From Schizochytrium sp. TIO01 (Eukaryota > Protista > Bigyra: Labyrinthulomycetes): a stretch of DNA of 64,000 nt. A model generated the notes under the pieces. The model searched no databases. It had not been told where the DNA came from and saw only the letters and a program-made list of their open reading frames with translations. Shown piece after piece: positions 56,129 to 64,000 of the stretch (its first letter is position 1; the number at the start of each line of letters is the position of its first letter). A program made the position numbers and the translations under genes. The stretch covers positions 1,302,001 through 1,366,000 of the forward strand of contig SMSO01000034.1 in the NCBI GenBank assembly GCA_004764695.1, in the 5' to 3' direction.

Positions 56129-57000
56129 TGCATTGTATTTACATTCTTTGACGGTAGGTTATGCTCAATGTGCCGGTTTCTTTTGCAACAAACTGCAGGG
56201 GTGGAAAGCCAGGCCTTTGGAAGATCACATTTCTTCACGTGACCACACCAGGCTCTAACGAGTGCAGCAAAGATCAAGCTAGAGGAAGAAGATATTATTT
56301 GCGCCAGTTTAGTCGACGCCGATGAATTAGAAATCTCCGTCTAGCAGATCAGTGTTGACCCAATGGATTATATAGACAAATCAAATGAGCTCTTGGCTAC
56401 GCAGGTCGCCTCCGCATTCAAGACATATTTCAGTCTGCCATTTCCGTTTAGGCAATTTTTACCAAAACGATTGCCTTGACTTCCATGATCAATCTGTCAG
56501 GGTGCAATCTAGAGGAATGTCAATGGGAAATACAATAATCGACATCAAGCAGGTGTTCGATAATGGAAACCAGCCTCAACGTATCACTTGTATGGAAGAA
56601 ATGTGAACGGACAAACAATTGATTCCAAAAACATAGTAGTTATTTAGTCAGTGTTGGATAGTAGCACTTGTTTTCAAGATAGATCACTCTACCAACGATA
56701 GGCATGATGATAAGATAACAGGATTTGATTTAAGCCTGCTGTAGTCAAACTGTTGTACGATTGTGGGATATATGTTGAATTCAGGGTTCCATTAAGAATG
56801 CTTCTTCAATTTGCGCAACTTTTTTTCAGTCCAAACCACTGATCTGGAAGCTGCCATCGCTACTTACTTCACGGGGGGTTCTCCGTGCGTCATCGCCTTG
56901 AAGTTGATTTAGAGGCGGCTATCAGTAGTGAGCCCAGCTAGTTTGATGATGATTATATGGTGTTGAAACTAATTAAACTAGAACTCGTGAAGGGAAATGT
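56129..57000 (+). pseudogene. Decayed F-box gene relic (LRR-like and UBA-like pieces downstream)
   Basis: CIVFTFFDGR/MLNVPVSFATNCRGGKPGLWKITF (56129-56232) has canonical F-box IFxFLD...V.......P.LW spacing. Downstream pieces: CNLEEC, TSLNVS, DKITGFDL and NH*/DLEAAIATYF (~56835-56870). Confidence 0.45.
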
Positions 57001-57511
57001 GAAGGCAAAAACCTATTTGTTATGATGCGCTTCCTAGTAAATGTTTAATCTTGTGGATAAATCTCACTTTGCTGAAGCGCTCAATGATTGATGGAAATGA
57101 AACATCGTTTTTTGCCCAAAAGATAGCGCACATATGACGAGAGCACCAATTTTAATATATCAGGAAAGTCTTCCTGGAATATCCGAAATTGCTCCAGCAC
57201 GTGGTGGTGAAACGGAACAGAGCTCGATAGAAACTACAACAGGGTAATAGAGTACCCCGCACGCATTGTGCCACTGGGGTCTGCTACTTAATATAGCCAG
57301 GCACTGAAAGTCTTATCTAGCAGTGGTAAGGTTCATTACAAAATAGTTCAATTAAAATGAAACGGATATATATCACTTAGGGAAGAAAAATATAAAAAAA
57401 GCACAAGAAAGTCAAGCGTGCCTTGCTTCAAAGCTGGCATTTCACCACCCTGAGCCGTGATTCTGTCTCCGATTCCGATCGAGGCTGCTCAAATTGACCT
57501 CCGGCCGTAGC

Positions 57512-57610
57512 AATGCTGGTCTTTTCAGAGAAGCTCGTTGCGGACCCTTGCATGGTGCGGAACGAAGAATACAATCCCGAAGCGTACTATTGATCAGCAA
57601 AAAGTATCAA
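57512..57610 (+). pseudogene. Weak F-box-like relic
   Basis: NAGLFREARCGPLHGAERRIQSRSVLLISKKY has spacing like the 15731 relic (L...ER.....+.V/I-S-R/K-x-Y). Confidence 0.22.
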
Positions 57611-57929
57611 CTGCAATCCAGCCGATTATTAGGTGCGGTGGCTGGCTCAATTGGTTACAAGCTGGCTGGTGAACTTTCTCTCACTTGCACTTATGGTGCG
57701 TATTTCACTGTTCAAATGAAGCAAGCAAGCTAAATGCCTAAACGCCATCAGTGCAGCAACACTGTGGACCAGAGTGATGAGCCGGGTTATGCAGTGTATA
57801 TAAATGTGTTTTAATTTAGTTTACTATGCTAGGAATAAGAAATCAAAACCAAAGAAAATAGTAATACAGCCCGATCAACGCCTTCCTACTCAAAAAGTAG
57901 TTCCAGTATAGGCAACTTAAAATTTGTGT

Positions 57930-58181
57930 TTACAAACCTTGGCATAATGGAAATGTAAAGACTTGCTTGAGCAGAGAGTCAGCTTCTTTGTCACTCAAAA
58001 CTTTCTGGGGGTTTTCTCTCATTTTATTCTTACTTTTCTCTAGGTAGCTATTATTACATTCTTGAAATGATAGGACAAATAAACATTCACGGCGGGCACC
58101 GCGCGAACTGAAACTTGTGTTGGAGTTTTCAACGTTCATATATAACATGAATATGAGTAAATAGTGTCGTTTAAGTGACAA
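57930..58181 (-). pseudogene. Weak F-box-like relic
   Basis: SLKRHYLLIFMLYMNVENSNTSFSSR...VLSDKEADSLLKQ. Confidence 0.22.
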
Positions 58182-58778
58182 TTCCCATCAAAAGCTTGCT
58201 GTAGACTCCACATGAGTGCGAATTGAGAGTCGATGAAGGGTGTCTTGGCGTTTACAATCCTTGCTGATGCGCTAGGGAGCAATCGTCATTTGCACCCACC
58301 GTGACGACATTTGTTGTTTCCATGGCTGACCGTCTAACTTTCAGGCAAAGTATTGTGTAACCCATCCGCTTACTCGCAATGTGAGGAAACATTCAACAGG
58401 AAGGGGAAACGAAAAGGAGCAAGAAAGTAGGAAGTCATCACTACTAATAATTAGGTATTCATAAACTAGACTGCAGCTTTATACAACAGTTTCATTATTT
58501 TTTACTTCCTCCTTTTTTTCTTTTTCTTTCTTTTGTAACTTGAAAATTGCAATTTTATGCAGAAAATTCGTTTTTCTTTGTGGATCAGTTCAAGGTTCCC
58601 CTTGCATTTGAGGGACCCATTTAGGCGAAATAACAACGCCTTAGTAAAGGAATTTCACTTCCTCAACGTAGATAGAACCCTATCTCCTTGCAACAATTTG
58701 TTGAAATTTAATACAAACTACGAACTACGTGGCGCAGCTCCATGAACGCAAGAATACACATTAGCAAGGTATGCGAGT

Positions 58779-60032
58779 ATGCGCGATGAGTCCTTGTTTC
58801 ACTTGATGAATTATCGCAGCATGGCCAATGTTTCCTTGGTACTTTCTACGCCATGCACTTCATATGTGGCGATCTCCAGTCCTTGGATTAAAATTAGGGC
58901 AGTTACTGGTGTTCTCTATCTGCTTGTATGTTTACTGCTATTTGTTAGACTAAAACGATATTCGTCCGCAACAAGGTCACGAGCAAGCTTTTGGAGAGCT
59001 CCTCGAGTACGCTTTTGGATTATTAACATATTAGCTGCAATTTTGGAGGCAGTAATCGCGTTCGACCTGAAGAGTCACTCTCCTAGCTTGACAGACACTG
59101 CCTTTGATGTATTCGATCTCACAAGCAGAACCTTTGTGGCAATGAGCTTTATCTGCATTGTTGAATCACTCATGAGTGTTTGTCAGCGAACACGAGATCG
59201 TGTGTTCTGGATTACAAAGTATCAGAATCAGATGTTCATTGGTGTCCTTGTCTGGCAATTTGGGCTATATTTCATTGGGAAAATTAATATGAATCCGATT
59301 GCATGTCTTGGAGGTGCTGTTGCGAGGCTTATGAGCTTTGCCATTTTTAATCTTATTGGGGGGATTTTTCTGTGCTCCCAGAAATCCAAGATTGTGGAGG
59401 AGCTTGTACGTGCTGCTTCGTTGGCCTCGCCACGGACACTTGTAAGTAGTAAAGTTGGGCGTCAACCCTCTGAGTCCTCGCGGAGCTTTCCTGGCATGAC
59501 ACTTATACGTTCAATCACCTCGTCATCAATCACTCCAATGGATGTTATTCCAGTATTATCACCAAGATCCATGACGGAAAGCAAGTCTCCTGTGCTTCGT
59601 GCATTCATCAACCGCCTTCGTGCAGTTGTTGCTCTTTTATTTATTGCGTTTGGTTTAAACGCATGGCAAGCAATTGTCTTTGCATATATTGAAACTAACA
59701 ATCGATGGGAGGATGCCAGGATTAAGACGGTTCAACTTGTCAGTTTTTATCTTGATAGGATTTATCTCTTTGCCGTCCTTCTTATGGCTTTCTTTGCCTA
59801 TACAGACCAGGATAACACCACAAATCGTCTCCGTCGAAGGACTACTGCCATGGTACTTGGTCAAATTCGAAGAAGGAGTCTTTCTTCGGATTCTACACCA
59901 AATTTTGCAAACCAACTAAGAGACTCCAATGGCAAAACACTCGATGAAGATAGCATAGATGACGTAACCTTCCACCTTGACGGCACTACCCCGACCGTCC
60001 TCGAGTTGAGTGAGGCTCCCTTTAGCTCCTAG
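58779..60032 (+). CDS. Orphan 7-transmembrane (GPCR-like / THH1-TOM1-GPR137-like topology) protein
   Basis: Seven hydrophobic segments, an N-terminal NVS sequon (alternative ATG 58821), a long Ser/Pro-rich third intracellular loop, and a basic Ser/Thr-rich C-tail. Confidence 0.7.
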   Translation: MRDESLFHLMNYRSMANVSLVLSTPCTSYVAISSPWIKIRAVTGVLYLLVCLLLFVRLKRYSSATRSRASFWRAPRVRFWIINILAAILEAVIAFDLKSHSPSLTDTAFDVFDLTSRTFVAMSFICIVESLMSVCQRTRDRVFWITKYQNQMFIGVLVWQFGLYFIGKINMNPIACLGGAVARLMSFAIFNLIGGIFLCSQKSKIVEELVRAASLASPRTLVSSKVGRQPSESSRSFPGMTLIRSITSSSITPMDVIPVLSPRSMTESKSPVLRAFINRLRAVVALLFIAFGLNAWQAIVFAYIETNNRWEDARIKTVQLVSFYLDRIYLFAVLLMAFFAYTDQDNTTNRLRRRTTAMVLGQIRRRSLSSDSTPNFANQLRDSNGKTLDEDSIDDVTFHLDGTTPTVLELSEAPFSS

Positions 60033-61020
60033 CTAAAGTTGAACACAATTTTTCGGTCTTAGTTACAAACAATCTTTTTCGAACAAGAGTAGGTGCTGCT
60101 TTCAAAGTGCTCCCCTCTTATCCTGTAACCTTTTTTTAAGATGAATATACTTACTTCACACCATATGATCTCGCTCTGATTGTAACAAAGAATTGATTCT
60201 ACCGATACCTTCCATGACGTAACGTAGCATTTTATAAATATCGTTTTTTAACTTTCTGACACGAACTCTGCTCTACTTAGAGCATCAGATTCGCATTGCC
60301 ATTCTCATTCAATTTCTTTATGTACCTCTTCCACACAACTTGTTACTCCCTTCATTCTTCCAGACTTCACCCCTTACTATGTATTGCTACTAAAATCGAT
60401 AGGAGTATACCCGTCAAAGCCTCTACTGGTGGTGCACTGCAAGTGAAGTATACCTGATCCTTACTATGGAAAATACCTACTTATTATACACTATATCTTC
60501 CCGCATACTATGGCTTATTTGCAAGTACACTATAGACTTCTCCAATTACTGCCATACAAATCGTACGGTGTTGGTATTACTAGGTACTAGTACTACTTCG
60601 ATGATAAGCCGTCGAACGATACAGACACTGAAGATGTAAAGAATGTGGCTGTCGCGGTCATCTGCAAAAGCCTTGGTGCCTGAGAAGAGGGTTCGAAGCG
60701 AAGATTGTCTCGTGCCCCATGATTCATTGATTCATTCCAATGTGCACAATTCACAGACAGTCTGAAATGAACTCTAAATAATAACCTCTCTTTTCTTTCA
60801 CTGAGAGTGTTTCTTTTCTACTCTGATGTCTTTAGAAGAAACAAAGAAATCATTGAATAACAAACAAAGAGGTCGAAAAGAGAAACACAAGAGAAGCGAC
60901 GCTCGGTAATCCTCGATCGACCAAGCCTCGCGCCCGCAACTCGCAGTTGTAGAGCGCCAGCGTGGTACTCGCGGTAGAACACATCCATCGCTCTTGTCAG
61001 CCTTGGATTCGGCAGTGGTG

Positions 61021-61059
61021 GCAGCAGCGGCAGCAGCAGCGGCAGCAGCGGCAGCAGCG
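61021..61059 (+). repeat. (GCA/GCG)13 trinucleotide run abutting the IWS1 start codon
   Basis: Directly visible; in frame with ATG 61060. Confidence 0.95.
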
Positions 61060-62754
61060 ATGGACACCCTCGGCGGCAGCGACGGCGAGTCTGGTGACGA
61101 GCTGGCTCGTCGCGACCTCGAGCAACGCCAGAAGGCGGCAGAAGGCGCAGAGGAAGCAAAGGATCAAGCTGCTGGTAACAATAAAGATGCCGTCGAAAAG
61201 GACTCTGCTCCTGAGGAGGACGCCAAGGCACCCTCGTCGCCGGACAGCAAGGCGCTGAAAAAGAAGAAGGTTACTCGTCGCGACAGCAAGAGCAGCGATG
61301 ATGACAACAAAGCCGAAAAGTCCAAGTCTGGCAAAAAGAAGCGGATTAAGAAGAAGAAAGCCGCTGGTGATGGCGACGGCTCGGAGTCCGACTCGTCTTC
61401 TTCGTCCTCATCTTCATCCTCCTCGTCTTCTGGGTCAGGATCCGGCTCTGGGTCCTCATCTTCGTCTTCATCCTCATCGTCTTCTGGTTCGTCTTCGGAA
61501 GATTCTGATAATGAGGGTGGTAAGAAGAAGAAAGCTGCAGGAAAGAAACTTACCAAGAAGAACGTTTTAAAGAAGGGCAAAACCCTCAAGAAGGGCAAGA
61601 ATGCAAGTACTGCGAAGGGAAAGAAGCCAGCAGCTGCAGGCACAGGTGCCAGCAAGGGCTTTGATGATGATGATGGTTTTATCGATAAGGATGACGACAA
61701 CATGGATGCTGTTCGTGAGTACAATGAGCAGAAGGAGCATGATTCAGACGAGGATGACCCTTTTGAGGACGACAAGAGGATGGATGCTGATGACGATGAG
61801 ATCGGCAAGAAGAAGACGGAGGACGAGGACGATGAGGCTGACGACGGTACCTTTAAGTCTGTGCTAAAGAAAATGGCGCAGAGGCGTAGCCGTAACCGTG
61901 TGAAGAAATCTGGAGGAGACGGAGAAAGCACTGGCGCGTTTGACAGCGCGGTGGAGAATCAGATCAAGAAGCTCCAGCTTGACATGGAAACTGCATTTTT
62001 CAATGACCAGAGAGCCAGGTCCAAGCTCAAGCCTGCTGTGTACAAGCTAAACCTAATGGACAGGATCGAGAAAGAGCTGCGCCCTGTTGAGGCGCGTATG
62101 GCTTTTGTGTCAGGATCAGGCCTAAAAACTCTCAAGAAGTGGCTCAGTCCTAACGCAATTGACCAGACGCTGCCGGCACTCTCTCTGCGCTCCCGTTTGA
62201 TCGAGCTGCTCTCAAAGCTTGATTTGGAAATGGAGATGATTCGCACTAGCGGAATCGGAAAGGTTGTCAACTACTTGAGCCAGCACCCAAAGGAAACTAC
62301 CGCCAACAAGAAGGTTCTTACCGCTCTCATGCACAAATGGTCTCGTGATATTTTTGGCCGTGGTGATGGCTACCAGACACGCCGTGCTGATCCCACTGAG
62401 GATGACAACATCGTTCGAGGAAGATCCCCGTCCCCGAGTCGGCCTTCTGAGAAGCGTAAGGCATCCTCTGGTGACGACGATGCCTCTGCTCGCCGTGGCC
62501 TTGGGGATATTACTGGAGCATCGCGTAAGGACCGCATTCGTCTTGCTGTGGAAGCTCACCAAGCAAACAAAGATACTGGTTCGGCACGTGCTCGCATGCC
62601 AACTGCTGTCAATCGCGAATTCAAGGTCCAGCCTCGTAGCTCTCTACACTTGGATGGTGGCGATCGAAAGCTTTACACAAAGGCCTCAAACAAACGTCTG
62701 GAGATGGAAAAGACTCTTGCGAAGCGTCGTCGTATGACAAGTAAGGGCGTGTAA
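61060..62754 (+). CDS. IWS1: IWS1/Spn1 transcription elongation factor
   Basis: Low-complexity K/S/D N-half and a TFIIS-N (LW) domain: KPAVYKL, LKKWLSP...LPALSLR..LIELL, SGIGKVV..L..HPKET..NK......KWSR.IF. Also ARARMP. Confidence 0.9.
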   Translation: MDTLGGSDGESGDELARRDLEQRQKAAEGAEEAKDQAAGNNKDAVEKDSAPEEDAKAPSSPDSKALKKKKVTRRDSKSSDDDNKAEKSKSGKKKRIKKKKAAGDGDGSESDSSSSSSSSSSSSSGSGSGSGSSSSSSSSSSSGSSSEDSDNEGGKKKKAAGKKLTKKNVLKKGKTLKKGKNASTAKGKKPAAAGTGASKGFDDDDGFIDKDDDNMDAVREYNEQKEHDSDEDDPFEDDKRMDADDDEIGKKKTEDEDDEADDGTFKSVLKKMAQRRSRNRVKKSGGDGESTGAFDSAVENQIKKLQLDMETAFFNDQRARSKLKPAVYKLNLMDRIEKELRPVEARMAFVSGSGLKTLKKWLSPNAIDQTLPALSLRSRLIELLSKLDLEMEMIRTSGIGKVVNYLSQHPKETTANKKVLTALMHKWSRDIFGRGDGYQTRRADPTEDDNIVRGRSPSPSRPSEKRKASSGDDDASARRGLGDITGASRKDRIRLAVEAHQANKDTGSARARMPTAVNREFKVQPRSSLHLDGGDRKLYTKASNKRLEMEKTLAKRRRMTSKGV

Positions 62755-63075
62755 ACATGAAGAGCGCCAGCTTATTGTTCCCTTCGCTTTCGAGTTCTTA
62801 TAAAACACTTATCATATTGGAATAGTCTCGCCACACAGACGAGCCTGAGGATGTGCTCGCTTCCTCAGGAATTAAAGTTTCTGAATAAGGGAACCGAAGA
62901 CAATTTTTCTTGTCAGTCTCATATGGACGGAAGAAAGCCACAAACCTACTTTAAAACCTAGATATACACATACTTACATAATTAACAGATATGGCTCAAG
63001 CTATTGTAATAATACGTGACGTGCTTTTTGCTTGGCTTCGGTTTTTTCATTATGTTGTGCCTCCGAACTAACAAC

Positions 63076-63180
63076 TGCTACCCTAGTATCTTGGAACTTA
63101 ACATTCCAGGCTGCGTTGAAGGTTTTACTTAAACCCTTAGATCGGTTACCACGTGCAGCTTGAGGAAGTTCAGAACAAAG
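63076..63180 (+). pseudogene. LRR-like relic
   Basis: CYPSILELNIPGCV (63076-63117) resembles the cysteine-containing LRR CP.L..L.+.GC. Confidence 0.25.
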
Positions 63181-64000
63181 TCAACACCGGGTGATTGTCG
63201 TCAAAAGGTGGTATTGACTACGCCTTGAACTGTGCGAAACCCTCCAAGCTTTTACTTTTTTAACTTTATAACTATTTTTCTTGTTTAATGCGAATAATGC
63301 AATGTCATATGTCACAGATAGTATAATATTTAGGTACATTGTAGTAGGAACATGTCCGTGTCCCAAAACAGAAAAGTAGGCATCGGCATTTCTAACCATG
63401 TTTTGAGAGGTAAAGCTCAAGCACAGGAGAAGATACTGGTGTGCCTCGAAAATCCTTTCAGGTGCAACTTGTTTAAAAATTTAAAGAATTAAAATTAAAA
63501 TAAATAATAAACGCATAGAAAATAATAGAAAAATGATTTTGTCACTGAATGAGAAAAAGGGAGGACTTGGAGTTCGGGTATGGCACAAAAGTAACATGAT
63601 GAAGGGACTGAGTGATTGGCTGATTACACCTCTCGCAAGACAACATATTGAGTTGAGCTGAATGACTTAATCTTTCGGATGTGAAGGAAGGAATGAAATG
63701 AGCAACATTTCTTCTATTTCAGATGCCTTAAATAATTTAAATAATTTATTTTTTATATCATAAACAGTAAATGGCTTTTTTTTTCTTTTCTTGAAACCCC
63801 ACACATCTTTGTTTACCTCATCATCAGTCACACCTGCTTATAGACGAACTAAATCAATCATTCGAACTTCTCCCAATCTCTTGAGAATAAAAATTCTGAG
63901 TGTGACATCCCCACGAGTCGCACTCAGCAAATGCACCGTATCTCGTGCGCCGCGCTTTGCTCAGCAATTCTGTGAAGACAGTAAAGTATTAAAATACCTA

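Noticed and set aside
60400-60470. TPP riboswitch-like ATACCC...ACCTGATC
   Set aside because: Lacks CTGAGA, the P5 and P1 pairings; explained by local degenerate repeats (AGTATACC, CCTTACTATG).
61164-61931. 255-aa antisense ORF in IWS1
   Set aside because: Shadow of low-complexity sense coding sequence.

Overview
Eukaryotic nuclear DNA, most likely from a thraustochytrid (Labyrinthulomycetes, Aurantiochytrium/Schizochytrium-like). The taxon is inferred from a perilipin-like TLDP1-type gene, PT-repeat stalks, mostly intronless genes with a few short GT-AG introns, and (AAAC)n/(GAAA)n microsatellites. I find 17 intact protein-coding genes: an SGNH-like type II membrane protein, cathepsin C, an EEF1AKMT4-like methyltransferase, a nucleolin-like RRM protein, ZIP9, UPRT (2 exons), a TPT-family transporter (2 exons), an orphan Ser-rich protein, a stand-alone mRNA guanylyltransferase, a Costars+LIM protein, a DEP-C2-C2-VASt-TM lipid-transfer protein, perilipin-like TLDP1, ULK4/RUNKEL, an S10 carboxypeptidase (3 exons), an UNC-93-like MFS protein, an orphan 7TM protein and IWS1. 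No tRNA, rRNA or CRISPR array is supportable. The most striking hidden signal is in the intergenic DNA. Reading across frameshifts and stops, about a dozen spacers appear to hold decayed, dispersed F-box/LRR gene copies on both strands, while no intact copy is present. There is also a dead DEDDy exonuclease and LINE remnants in a 12.5-kb gene desert, which carries a perfectly phased 20x heptamer array and a hairpin cluster. All relic calls were made by eye and need frameshift-aware homology searches.
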